Assembly: GCA_051294905.1 (NCBI GenBank)
Contig: CM119376.1
Location: forward strand, 12,586,001 to 12,650,000
DNA from: Botryllus schlosseri
Taxonomy: Eukaryota
Reading direction: 5' to 3'
Length of the DNA: 64,000 bases
Of the stretch, positions 33,601 to 48,600 are shown piece after piece. Both the position numbers and the translations under genes were made by a program. Position 1 is the first letter of the stretch, and every line of letters starts with the position of its first letter. Below the pieces are notes generated by a model. The model saw only the letters and a list, made by a program, of their open reading frames with translations, did no database searches and was not told where the DNA came from.

Positions 33601-36600
33601 ATAAGCCGTATGTTTTCGGCTGGCACTCGCCAGGGGAAATCATCAGCGACTAGCAGAGTACTGTGTATATTAACGGTATAGCATTACCTAATATGACGTC
33701 ATATTATTCGAAATCTCGCGACCGCGCTTTGAATGTACAACAGACCCGTATTACCCACTATGTGCGGCGTCATGAAAAACAAACCAATCGATTCAGTAGT
33801 GCATTCAATTTCGTCACAGTCACATATGCATTCATAACACACTCGTATATTCACTTCATGCGTAGCAGAATTGATCAAGACGACCTTCGAGACGACGCCG
33901 ACAAAAAAACTGAATAATTTACAGCGTACCGACTTCGTTCTATTACATCAGTCGGCCGACACCTGCTCAACAATGCAGGTGCGCGTTAAACAGTCGCACG
34001 CGGTACGCAAAATATCCGAACACGTCACCGCATTCCCAAGTCGACAATTGCGCTGTTACGTCACACGCGGGAAATGAGCGACGCGGGACTTGTCCAGATC
34101 CGTTCCACGGGTGAGAATGCGATTTGGCCTAGATACCATGATACCAATATCATCCATCGCAAGAGTTCTGTTGTTAGAACCTAGTTTCGTGGAAGTACGT
34201 TGTCGTAGTTGCCTTACGCGCTGCTATTATTATAACGTGAATTTCCAAATTGGATTAGGATTGCTGAATTCGCGAAAACTTGGGAATGTAATTAAATTAG
34301 AGTTCATTTTCATAAGCATGAGAATGGCAGAAGTCTGCAGAGCAAGCTATGCTCGTTTCGCAATACACAGTTCTCCTGTAGAATATTGAGAAAAAAACAC
34401 AAATTAGATTAGAATTAAAATTAGAGCATAGAAACATTTCCACAAATTGAATTAGATTTCGCTCGAATTACTCTTAAACAAATAGAACAATCTCGTTGTC
34501 CAAGTGCGGTTTGTTGTTGTCGTTGGTACAATCCCGAGTTTCCTGGTTCGTCATACTACTTGTGACGTCATACTTTCCGTAATGGTTTTAATTTCGATTC
34601 TGTTTGAATCCGTTTCGCGTGCCGATAAGTATCGATGAGAAGCCCCCCTGAACAGTATTCGCGTTATCGTAAATGAAGTGTTGAATATAGCTTTCATTAC
34701 ATCTACTACAACACTATATTTATGATAACTCGGATGCCGTTGTGTACAGCACATCTACCGCAAGGTATGTATGTACCACGAGCTATTTAAGAGTCGATAT
34801 TAGATCTCCTAATCCGTGCCATTCATCAACGCGGGTGCCCTTTTTCCGTTCTCAGCCGAACGCATCAAGCCAGATACGTTCAATTTAGAAAAGCTCGCAA
34901 CGGGACGCATTACCACCGACTTCAACACAAACAAAGACCGCGAACCGCATTCGCATTCTCTCCCACCGGGATCACAAAATCGGGCGGGCGTATGTCGCAG
35001 GGGGCCGTAACTGTCCAGCAATCGATTCCGACATATGGGTCGCCGGCCGATCAGCACGCAAATCCGTCGGCTATTTAGCGAAATTGGCGAGATTAAGATC
35101 TCTTAATGGCGTCGACACTTCCAATACAAAGCGTCGGGCGCCGGCGACATCTGGACGACGCGATTTTCATAGGGCGTGATTTGATAGAAGCGATGTTGAC
35201 AGATTAGGTTCCGTGTCCGAGGCCGTTAGCGCTAAATCGAAAATCATCCGAGACACATCGGGCGTTTTCATCAAAAACGCGTTACGCCAAGGGAACGCTT
35301 CCCCGATAGAAAAAGAAAAAAAACACGAAAAATCTAATCGACATATAACGCCGGTTCAAATGTCAATGGCGATGCTCAAACAAAAAAATAATCTAGCGCT
35401 GACAGAGGTCGCCAGTAACGAAGTACTTTACTTTTCTGAGTGCTCAACTAAGTTTTAACTACAAGTGGTTGTGGTTTTACACTAGTTCCGCTTCTACCTG
35501 AGCAGTTTTTAGGCGATTTACTTAACTTTTTGGATTTCGAACAGTACATTCATATTGCAATGAACCCGATTATTTTCGGCCGACACTTGTCCGTGGTAAT
35601 CATCAACAACTAGTACAGAAATGGAAAGAACATTGAACATCAACCATCGTATCACAAGATATGACGTCGCCGGCACGAAATTTCGAATAAGCTCAAAATG
35701 CACTATTTTTAGATGGTACACGATCTCTTTCTGTAGGCTACTCCACTAGTTGCTGACGATCACCCCTGACGAGTGTCAGCCGAAAATATTCGGGTTCGTC
35801 TCAATATGAATATACTATTACGCGAAGTTCTGCACCTCAAAGAAGCACTTTGGACCTTGATAAGCCGAGATTAGTTTTGGTAGATTGCATTCCTTTCACG
35901 AGTAAAATTGTCGTGATTGCCGCACGAAAGATCTTGCCCACTTGCAGCACTTACTTAACTGGTTGCAATTTAGTTAGACTGCTACCACTTCTACTCAACA
36001 GTTTTGCGTGTTTCAGCTAAACTAGGCCCCCAACACTTACAGTTTCATATACCAGGAATTCATTAATTCTATTTCTACACGAGTAACAACATAGATAGGA
36101 AGCGTACAGTTGTAAGGCATCACGGATGTTTCGACGCCGGTCGAGGTACCGAGGATTATTTCTGCATCGTCTGATGCGAAATCATATCAAATACGAATAC
36201 TCCTCTTACCGTTCCCCTGTTGTTCTTCAGCTGCCCCGAGCAGAGCATCAAGCGACTATTTTCCACGAAAGGCGACTTTTGCTTCTCGTCGAGGTATTCC
36301 AGCTTGGATCGGATGTAGCGGCACTGCTGCTCGCCGGTCGTCTCGTCCACTTTCTCGATAATGTTACCGATGATCTCCATCTGAAAATTTAAAATGGAAT
36401 CATTTGATGGTATCGTATCAGAGTTAGAACTCGAGTGTGAGTGCCGCAACTCAGAATGGTACACTACACTATGGACAATGAACTGGCTACGACACGGCGG
36501 CCCATGTATGCTGGGTAGATAGGTCACGGAATACGCGTACGCCTGCGATATGGGTATATCGCTTCCAAATTCTCATTGGGGCAATGCCGCTGGCCAAGCC

Positions 36601-39600
36601 ACGCTGTAGTAGTAATCAGTATAGTATGCTTGACCGATACGCTGAATTTCGGCTACCAACACCGCCACCACCGCAATCGATCACTAATACGGTGATACAA
36701 TCATGATTCATAATAGCAGGAAGTCGCCTTATTCACGGTGGGAAGAACGACACACCACGCCAGAAATGCCTGCGAAAACAATTCTGATACGTACTGTAAC
36801 CACGATTCCGAGACCAAAGGATTCAATTCGGCTAGCGTTCGATGGTCGCGGGTCTGGTTTACAAAAGGACGAAATGACAACAATATGGAATAAATAGACG
36901 TGACCGAAATCTACTAAAGTCGCAGAATTTAGATCCCCGCTACCACTAATTCAAGTTACTCGAAATTCGACTGTTTTTGATGGGGTAGGTCTCAGAATGT
37001 TAAACTGCAAGGTTTTCCCTCAATTTCTCCATCTGGATCGCCGATATGACAATAAGTCTGAGCACCATTCGATTTTATGGAAGGCTAACAAAGTAACAAT
37101 CTTTTGATTGATATGATAGAAAATTTATAGATAGTAGAATATTAATGATCTTACGTGTGGAGGTCGGCCGAAAATAGGTTCACCTCAATTTCAGAAAATA
37201 ATCACAATGCGAGCCATAAACTAACCCTAGATTAAACTCCCACCCACATGCTCAAGTGTCGTATTTCATGTGTCACATCGCACATAGCTATTAATGGCCA
37301 GTCCACGAACCTCCTATTCATGGCTATGGACGTAAAATTTAGGCACTCGAACACATCGACCGAGATACTCAACATTGATATCCTATTCGTAACCAGAAAA
37401 TTGCGGAATTGTGAATTTTGCACAAACATATCAAAATCGAGTAATGATGCCACTCGACGGGCAGGCAAAGGTCGTCATTAGCGATCTATATTTAACTCAT
37501 CCGCGCCATCGCCCGAAAACACGACATTTCGCCAGGCTGATTACCGCCTCGCACGCATTCCTAATAAATTGCCCAATGCCCACGTCTCCGGCATTCAATT
37601 ACCGACCAACTGCGACGAACGCAAATTGGAAAGGTGCATGTTCAATACCGCGAAATAGCGGAGTGAAACACTATGAAATCATGTTGTGCTGTCATGTCCC
37701 GTGACGAAGCAAAGTTGATCTAGGAATTTCGTAATGTATAAGCATAAGATCAGGCGTTCAACGCGTTCCGTGCGTAACATGACAGCGGTAAACCAGCCCC
37801 CAATGCGCACACCGTTGACTACAGTTGGGTGGAGTATTCGAATAGCACACATTGTGACGTTATAACATTATGTAGGATGCGGATATTTCAATTATGCATC
37901 CTAATTGTTATGCAACAACAAAGAAAAATAACGCCAGTACTAGTGTACTACACAACATTGAAGATAGCTTTGTATATTTTCGACCATGTCAATTTGTTTG
38001 CACGATGCACATCATGACAATGCAATGGCTTGATCATGATTCTGTGCTCACGACTCCACAAAAAAGTCTTTCTAATAACGTGCGCAGCATTATACATCGT
38101 ATTACATGTTTCGCATGCTGTGACGCGACCAATGGAGATCTCTATTAGAATTCTCACAAATAATATTCGATTCGGATTCGAACTACTCGAACTCGTTATT
38201 AACCCCACTATCAAAAAGCAACACACGCAGTCCTCTCGAAAGGACAGCGGTGTCAAATTTCGCCATTCTTCACAAAAGGCGTCGATCGCCGTTGTAGCCT
38301 CGTCGGGATATCGGCCAGATGTCGTAGCGATACGAAGAACAGGGCTCGGGTAGCATTACAAAACAACAGTAGGCACCCACCATACTCGCTTGGTGAACAC
38401 ATCCGAAATGAAAAAGGCATCCTTATTTAAAGTCGACACACTAACAATAGCCAGAAATCCAGTCACCTAATGACCGCGGCGTATGGCGAATACGAACGTA
38501 AACACAGCACAGCCTGGCCCGAGCGCTTGCGATCCGCTGGGAGACGCAGCCAGATGCACCGGCACGAATCCGTGTCACCGATACGGCCGCTAGCAGGTGA
38601 CGTAACGAAAACGACACTATTCAACGGCGCAGGAACACGCGCATTGTGACATTCCCACGTGTACGAGCGACGCACCGTGAAAAGAATATCGTACATCCCG
38701 TAATCTCGCTTTTCCTATGTGTTCTGCGACTGATACGCGCGCGGATCAAAGCAAAATCAAGATTACAACGCTAAAATTATGTTTCGACCTCCACAAGTGC
38801 AGAATACAAGGGAAAAAAATTAAGATTTCCGCGAGGAAAACCCAAAGGACTTGTACCATGTAGCTGACACAGATTAACGACCTATTCTAGAATGATTAGA
38901 ATCATAAACAGTCTGAAATCTCGGCAAAGTGGATCCGAAACCGTAGTCATTATGGATAGCGGACCTTTCAAGAACGAAGGCGAGCAATAAATTGTGAGAC
39001 AGAATTGTGAATTTATAGGGGCCTTTAATACCACATTCATCAAGCGTTACTTGCAGCCCTCTTCGTGGGCTTCCCATCCGAGACAAAATGTAATCAACGA
39101 CGCATATTCAGACGCGCCGGCCGCGGCACATTCTACGAAATCTAGATCGGCCACTACCAGCATCAGAAACCTACATAAACTACTTCTACTTTACAAGATA
39201 AAAAGTGTTAGTGGTTTTGCCCAAAATTCGTTTTAGGCATACCTGGAAGGTGGAAGTATAGTTCCCATACATAACCCTCTGAGTAAGTGGTACAAATCAG
39301 CAAAACCTACTTGGGTGCTGTAAAAAAGTTACAGCACTTCGTTACAGACCACTTCTAAGGTATACAATACATACAATCAGAACCTCAAGATTATATTCTA
39401 TATTCTACAAGGGAACATGTCATCACGCAGACATGCCAACGAGATAAAGCACTCACCACTTTGTTCAGATCCTTCTGTTCGGCGACTAGCTCCTTGGGCG
39501 TTCTTTTAAGAATGTTTTGAAGCAGCAGAGGGTACTTGACCAGGCGAGTGCGGGGAAGGTCGAGGTATGACCACAGGTCCAGTTTGCGGCTGAAGGGCGA

Positions 39601-42600
39601 TTCTAGACACCGCTGCAAAAAGTCTCGCACGCGCGTGTCCCGCTCGACCGCCGCGTCCAGCGCGTATTTGGCGTCCGACTGGTTGGCGCAGTACTCCTGG
39701 TAAGCGGATGATATGCGAGGAAACTGAAAACGAAATGAATCGGTCAGAGCTGGATTAAGTCTCTTTCCGTAAAGCCGGATTTGGTCCGAAGTTACGCGTT
39801 TAGCAAGACAATATGAATTGGTATATGATAAGAAATAACTTCAAGATTTGGGTTCAAAAATTTTATCAACTAATTTTGCTATCCAAATATCGACCGTTCA
39901 AACAGAAGGGCGTAAGACCACACCATATATTGCCGGCATATATACACGGAAACGTGCTCAACTGCCGGTAAGAACGAGTGATCGGTTATGATCAAACAAT
40001 TTCTGGCATGATCACGAGAAACAGTCGTCTTTTGCAGCTATGGACATACACCACGCCATACTCGCAGCTACTTGGCTACTTATTACCATAAAAATTTAAT
40101 TTCATATTGAACTGACCACACCATGGGAGATCTCGCCGACTTCCCGGTGCGCAGCGTGAATAAACGCACGCGATTTATGTGGTCGATTATCAGAATTGAA
40201 CGTTGGAAAATCGATTTCAACCATTGGAAGAAAATCACGATTCGAAACAATGTTTGTGATCTACGTGACACTATGCTGTGCACACGTCACAAAGGGCTTT
40301 GCGTGACGTAGGTCTATAACGGTTAGGTGTATTCACTGTAGTTGTAAATCGCGGATTTTGACGGATTATGATGTAGAAGCTCGGGAAACAGTCTAGATAT
40401 ATATTCACCAATAACAAATCCTCTCGTACACGATTTCGTTGCTGAATATTTTCGCAGGGTGAGCCTCGATTGTCACAGGCAGCGGTTCGCGGAGTTTGTG
40501 CCTAATAGAGTTGATGCTACGACTGACTGATGCGTAATTACATGCCAGGCTAAGCAAAGCTAAAACAGTTGCCTTTTTCACAGAAATGCTTCAAAGTGTC
40601 GCTGTTACTGCCACCTACATTATTCTTATTTCCGAACACCAGCACACGAAAAATCAGGGTTGGGATTGCAATGATTCTGATTCCAATACAAATCGATGTT
40701 TCGATTTCAAGGATGAGCATGAACAATGAGCAACAGACCGAATACCCTCCAGTGTGTTGCGATCGATACAGGTTTACACACTAGACCGATAAAGCGTGTT
40801 AAGCGCCTCACATCAAGTAAATCGCCTCGAACACTTAACGAAATTGCGTACACACACTTCACATTTGAGAAATCCAATCGATTTTTCAGCCGCCTCAATT
40901 ATCACCACTTTTCCGTAAAGGTCATTACGGCAAATTGACTCCTACACACGCGATCGCGAACAATTTCATCCAATCAATTCGCGGCCAGCCAATGACCACA
41001 AACAGTCAGGTTCAAGCCTTGACCTTGACCTCTTGACCGGACACGACCGATTGTGACATCGGACGATCAGTCACGTAACCGGGTGACGATATGCATTGTA
41101 TTGAGACGCGTAAACACAGTCGAACAATCGCAGCTCAATTGATGACATCAACCATGGCCGGGGCAGCGGCTTCGGTGAGCATGTGATGCATATTCTTGTT
41201 TACTGGGTATGATTCACGCGCAGAACAAAGCTAATTTTCGAGGCATCTTAGACATTTGTCATGCCTCTTTTCGAGGCAAAATTCAGTGATCTGTGGCCGA
41301 GTGGCCAATGATATTCGTCTCCGATCAGGGTCCCTCACCAATAGTCATATAGCAAGAGCCAACGACAATTTCTGTTTAGGCCCAAGGGAACGACTGCCAA
41401 TATAATAAACTCGACACACACGGAGCAATATTATCAGCATAGCGAATGGCTAAAAGCGGTGCATATTGATCATGAATCAAAAGCTCCAAATACCTAGTGC
41501 ACAGGATATCTCTATACAAATACAATGCAAGGACTCGGCGTTACGCCGAAAGTGTTGCAACAGCACACAAACAGAATATGATACTATACTGAGAAAAACA
41601 TGTATTCGCATCACGTCGACACGTGCGACAGTCTACTATACATGGGGTGGCATATACCATATTAGTAGCAAAGATCAATAAAGCAGCGGTGTTGCGAACC
41701 AGAAAAAACTGTGCGCAGTTACGCATTGACGCTAGGACGGATACCAAAAGCTAAGCGGATCAGCGCTGTTATGACGCCATAGATCGCCTGAGGTTACGTT
41801 GACATTATGTCAAGTGAATGTTTCTGGCGTCGCAGGAATGTCGACTCAATCGCGCAATAATCACCATCTCACATTAAAAACGCGCACTCACCCATTCCAC
41901 GAAAACATATCCGATCGCTAGCGTCCGGCCTTCTTCGCCGCGCGCCTGTTCCAATTTGGCGAGCAGTTCCTCGTGCAGCGGCAGCAGACAGCCCAATTTG
42001 CCGAAGATCAAAGACACTTCTTCGTCCGAGAGCATTTTCAGCGTCACCATCGAGTCGCGGTATGTCTGCGCGCAAAGACATGTTTCAGAACGATTGTATA
42101 CTGTCAATATCGTCATCACCCGGAGAAACGCCGCTAAACGCTTGCACAATGTCAGATTGTCAGATATGGGGTTATCGCGCCAAATATTGCGTATTACTAC
42201 TGAATTAAGTTATATTACTTTGCTGTGGCCATCGGTTGCATAGGCCTTGCACTGTATGCGTCGGGTGTCCGACATTTGAGCATGCGATACAATGACAAAA
42301 AACAAGTTGAGCCAGGCCGATAACGGATTGTTTAGCCTATGCCGATTAACTAGCATATTCACCGAAGACCTGATCTATTAAATTCAGCGGATATTCAAAA
42401 CATAAGGCACCTAGCTTTGAAGCGGATTTCCAAACCTTCGGGGCATTTATTTGATCAGCTTACAGCTGACGCTTGCCGACATGAAATATATTAGAATGGC
42501 TGCGACTGTGATATCGAACTGAACTGTCCGGGCTTAACACTTGAGTCTACTTTATAATCATAATATCAATTCTAACTAAAAAAATTGACTCCAACCGGGG

Positions 42601-45600
42601 CCTACGATAACCCAACACCCACCCCGACTACAAGTCACACGATGAAATGTCGCATGTTCATTGCATATATATCCAGATTGTCAAATGTCCACGGACTGAA
42701 CGCGATATAGTTCGTATGGAACGAATATTTTTAAAAGGAACATGGAAAATCCATGTCGCTGAAACATCAGTCATATTTAGGCGAGGAATCGTTCCGTGCT
42801 GCAAATACCACACGGTCCAAAGGACTCCGTATAGTCAGAATTGCATGTGATACTAAAGACCGCCTTCGGTGAATAACGCGGAGAGAAAAACACCAGAATC
42901 GCGTCAGAAATAACCGCGATTCCACGATTTGCGAAGTCCATCGCACACTCATCCGTAATTATAAACGCAACGAAGGAATTATAATTTACAAACTATACGG
43001 CCAAGAGGACGAATATCAGTCTCGAAAACAAATCGGAACAATCGCAGACGATTGCGTTACGGCATCAGCGCAAACACGCCTTCTGTTTCTCGAAGGGAAT
43101 GTTGTTTGATCAACCACACAAAGATGATTTCATATGGCAAATCTGCCAACACCAATCAACGAAAACAGGGAGACATATTCACACACAGCCACCTTGTCGC
43201 AATCCACGGCGATATTAATATTCTTTTGTCGAAAAGCTAAGCACAAAGTGTGCATCAATAACACGAATTCGATCTCGCTCAATAAAGCCATAAAAATATT
43301 CCAAGTCTTTGTAAGCAGCGCGATCATAAAGAAATCTTTCGAATTCAATAAATTCATCGCCAGTCGCGACAAAGATGGAAGACCGTTTTCGTCTCGCCCG
43401 CATGGGCGAGCCGCTGTTGTTCTTTGATCTCGCGTGTTGCAAAAACGGCACCGTAATTGCGCTCGGTTATCGAAAAGGTTAATAGCCCGCGCGTCGCTAC
43501 GCATAACAGATACAAAGACGGAATTAGCCGGGCCCAGTTGTCAAAACAGCACTGAAAAAACGTCATTGGGACCGTAAACAAAATGTTTATGGTCGCAGGG
43601 GTATCCCTTGGTAGATGGTAGATAGGTGGACATTCGCGCATTCTGTCAGCGCTTAAACCACACCATTTCTTGGAAAGGAGTAGAAGATGCCACCGCACGG
43701 AATCATTAGGAAACAGCTAACAACCACAACAAATATTATCGAAATAACTGAGGCGTTGCCATAACAAAAATACAATACGAGTTATTTACAAACGATAAAT
43801 GAGCAGGTTCATTGAGCGCCGTCTCAACAGCGTCTAACGCGCGTAAGCTATCGGGCTATTGGTACAGGGATTACGAGCAGAGGCGAATGTTCATTGTTCA
43901 ATTGTTCAGAAGGAGTATTCCTTCTACTAAAGAGTTGTCAGATTTTCACGCAAATCCATACCGCCGTATTCCACGTAAAAATCCCCAGGCACGCTCCGAC
44001 GACACATAACTAAAAAACCCTGCGTACTGAGGCTGAGGCCTATCTCAGCACTGAAATCTCTTGCCAACTCTCACCTGCTTCGCCATGGTGAGATCCTCAA
44101 CCAAATCCCTTTCGCCTTGGAAAAGCTCGAAGATCGCCTCCTGCCACTTGACTTCGCCCTCCGTGAGTCCCGTGTGGTCGAACGTCTCGCACCATAGCTT
44201 GCTTCTGCGGTTCACCTTCTTCTTGTTGGGGGTGTTGGAGGGAGGTCGGTACGGTTTGAAGGAGCGCGCGGCCGCCGCGGCCACCGGCGGCGCCGTAGAG
44301 CCCGACTCTTTGAAACTGGAGGACCGCTGCCGAAGAAAGAGCACACTGTGACTCGGATGACACATGCGCGGAATTTGGACAGCGATTTGCAAGATACATC
44401 ATAACTACCAGCACCAGAATATCAATTGCTTTTTGGAACAATTAATCGCGGCAGAGAAACGCTAAATAACTCGGCTTCGGTACCGGCAGTAAAAAAGAAA
44501 TACCACGCAAGTATCGCAATGAGGCTGAGCCAATATCACTATTCTAAAAATATGGTATGTACAATTGTACAATGTACATCGCTACTGACCCACTTTGAAC
44601 GCACCATTATTTTCAAAATATCAAGCTTCGGGTGATACAACTCCCGTGGAAAAGCCTCGTTCGCGCATCCTTACATTGTGACCAGAGGACTTCGGATTGT
44701 TTAGCGTGTAAGTGATTTTAATGCGTCGTTTTACGAGTTAGATTGTCATGACTACCAAGCGATCATGGCAACTGAATGTATTTGTAACTGTCAGCCCTAA
44801 TTACGCATTATAGAATTTTGTAAGTTGACACACCTCCGATTGACTGCGGAAATTATGCCACGCCTAGACCTCTCACTTTGAACTTCTGCTTGGAAGTACT
44901 TTTGACATATTTTTGGAATAGTTATTTCAAATTGTAAATATACAGAAATTTACAGCCTTGCTTCAATTTCTACTTGAGCCATATAAAGACGAGTTTGACC
45001 ACCTGTTTGTGACATCACACCTCTACCAAGAGATGGGCGGACGACGTTCGCCTCCGTCAGACGTTTAATGGAAAGGAAGCGATTATCTGTATCGAGATTA
45101 TCGAGAGGGTAGCCTACCGTCAAAGCAAGCGATTCATATTCCGATCAGCAGTCCGGGCTACCCCTTTTATTATTGCACTTAGAACCCGGAAATCCATATT
45201 TTTATCACCGGTTATTTAAGAAACACGAAATGCGTAACGCGATTTAGCATTACAATAAGCCGGTAGCCGACAAATCCTGTTGAACCGTCGAACCGACGCT
45301 AGAAAGCATCTCATTTCAGGTCAAGCACTACGTATTCATGGCGATTGCTTACTAATAGTATAGGTGACCATTGCGAGATCATTCAACAGCAAAAAGTAAA
45401 TGTAATCGAGGCCGATTCTACATCACAGCAGAAAGTCAATGAATACTCTGAACGGCAAGCGCTCTAAAATGGATTAGAATCAGGTTACGGGAAAACAATC
45501 TACTCGACTGGATATCTCCTTTCAATGGAAATCGATAAAGCGTATTCGACAACACAATTGGCATCGGGACCGTCTCAAAATCTGGGGAAAGCCGTTTCCG

Positions 45601-48600
45601 AGCGTTAGTTCGAACATGGAATGTTGTACATTTGTTTGAAAAGTTAACGAGAATAGAACAGGACGTTCTAGCTAGAACTTTAATGCTCTAAGAGGCCAAG
45701 AAAGACATAGCGGGCAAACACGAAAAAATCAATGGCACACGCTTTCCACTGTCCATAAGAGTGAGCAGCAAGTTCACAACGACAATCCGGTCTACAAACG
45801 GCTAATTACGAACGTTAAGAACATCTATTGCGATCTTCAAAGCAGACTTGGACAACAAGATAAGTCTAGTAGTGTAACCAGACTAATTAGGGCGAAACGC
45901 AGGTAATTTAATTCCCATCTCATATGTGAAATGCTCTAATTTTAGTTTTAATCTAATTTTTGGTTTTCCTCAGAATACTGCAGGAGAACAGTGCAGTGCG
46001 AAACGAGACGAGCTTGCTGTAAAGACACTTGCTCTTCTCACGCTTATGGGAATGAGCTCTGATGATATTATCTCGATTAGATTTCCAATTTTTCGCGAAT
46101 TCAGTAATTTTAATTCTGATCCAATATGAAAAAAACGAGTAGCTACAATTCTAATTCTGATCTAATTCAGAAAAGCTGCAAATTTTCTAGTTGTCCAAGC
46201 AAGTCTGCTCCAAAGATACGAGTAAATATGAGCGTCGCTACCTATGATTGGAAGTATTGAAACGTCCGCGGCAACTGGTAAATCGCCAGCCAATCACTCA
46301 TAAAAAATCCATGTATAACGTAAATAACTTCGGGACACAATAAATATCCTCTAGCTGTGATACGTTTCAGCAACCATTTCGCACAGGGATGTTAACAGGT
46401 ATATTACGTACCCTTAAAACATCTGAAGGCATATACGCCATACGCAATGCATCAATACTAGACTTGCAAGCGCATTGACATGTCCTTACAATTACAGGTT
46501 CAATTGATCAAGACAACACTTGTCGAGGCGTTAACCACTGATTTGTTACGAAAGAAGTGATAATTCCAGCACTTAACTGACCAGGGGCCATTAATGGCTG
46601 ACAGCGCGCTATCACAGAGCAGCCGACAGTGAACTTTCAAATAAATTTATCAGGAACATCAGTCATATTGAATCACTATCATTCAGCGTTAAGCTTACGC
46701 TGAGTGACATCTCGGTCAACAAAAGTTGAGAAAACAAAAATAAATTGAAGTGATCAATATCATAGATGACGTGGACATCGCCAACGCACCGCACAAAAGA
46801 GTCCGCTACGACGTAACAAGATTACGAATAGCGTGCAGAAAAGTGCGCGAAAGCATCAACATTCGGAAATTACAAATAATGATATTACCTGCAGCTTGCC
46901 TTTCTGGTTTGGCTTCCCAGGAGATATGAGGTTGGCCAACGACACAACAGACTTTCGAATGGCCTTCGCCCTTTTAGAACTGGGCTCCTGCAACAAAAAG
47001 CGGGCGATCGCATAAACTTCAAAAGCGGGGAAACGGCGATTTCGGTCGGAGCAGAGGAGTCCGCTGGGATTCAAAATAGAAAACCGTTTATTCGTCCCTT
47101 TGCTCCGATGGGAGATGCTTTTAACCAAATAAGCCCAAAGTCAAAGCCAAAACGCACCTGTTAAGATTCTTACTACATTATTTTCATTATCTCGAGCTAA
47201 CTGCACGAATGATGGAACAAGGTCGTAGCGATAGCGCTTGATGCGACAGATAACAAATATCCTATGGACTCCCTGAACAAAACGATATATATAGCGAACT
47301 ACAGTAGTGTACTGTACATACAATAATGTCTATCGCAATAGCACTGCGTTCAGCAACAAGCATGTCACTGGTGGTAAATTTATTTTCTATTTAGAAACGA
47401 TGCATGTCCATTGTCCATTGGCCATGGCATGTCATATTTTGCCATAATTTTACATCGAACATCCATAGAAGGGGAACATCGAACACTACGGGATGCGTAC
47501 CTGTTTCACAGGCACCCGGCACAATTCACGGTCCTACAGTAGAGATTCGCAATTTTCCGAAGTTCGCATTATATTGCGTCATTCTTACAGTGTCTATTAA
47601 TACGCCAGCATACTGTTTCAGATCAAAGTCCGTGACAGAAACCACCACATCATTCGTTATGTAACTCGTTTATGAGGCGAATAAAGAACATACGTTCCCC
47701 AGCGCCGCCAAATGTAATCGATATACACAGAGTGTATTTCCTCAAAAGTTACAGAGAATCGGCGGTTTATGACGAATTGATCGGTGACCGACTACTTCAT
47801 TGTGATGTGACAAACTGAATCGAACCAGCCGATTTTTCATGAATCAAATCCCTTAATATTAAATATACTTCCTGGTTGGCGGACAATGTCCTCAGTGGGG
47901 TGTACAGACAGCCAAACCTGCCGCTGAGATATTTGAATAAAACCTAGGTGGGTGGCCTTTTCAACCAGCTAAATTATGTGCCACATCCCATGCTAAAAGT
48001 ACAGTGTCCTGCTGCAGGTCAGTAAAGCGAAACAGTGCCTGTATTTCAATAAATAATCTCGAAATACAACTTGGCAAGTCCACTGGCCACCACACTGTAC
48101 GGTGTACGTGTACAGCGTACGCGTACGTACGTCGTACAGTCGTACATAAAAATTTATATCGACAGGCGAATCCCTATTGCGATGATGAGGTAATTACGAA
48201 AACAAGCCAATGCACAAAACTGATTCCCGTACGATTGTTGATATACAATGCTCTTTATAATTCTCTACTAGTTGCTGACGATTACCCCTGACGAGTGTCA
48301 GCCGAAAATATTTGGGTTCATTTCAATATAAATATACCATTGTATTATTGAAGTTATGTACCTCCAAGAAACTCTTCAAAACTGATACACCACGGCAAAC
48401 ATTACACCCTCAGCCAGTGGTACTGGACGGCTAACGGACAAGGCCACAGGCTACACTCGTCAGAATCAGTTGGCTCTAACCTACTAGAATATTATCGTCC
48501 AAATTAGCGGCTGGAATAAACAAGAAACGAAGCGTTGAAACCTACAATTGTAAAGCACTTCTATCCCATGAAACATCCTCTCCAACACTGTCGCTACATA

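Noticed and set aside
47141-47323. 60-aa ORF with a donor as an alternative RhoGEF first exon
   Set aside because: Its donor is phase 1 and the next exon is phase 0, giving an immediate stop.
48098-48146. Run of GTAC-containing motifs
   Set aside because: Degenerate low-complexity microsatellite.
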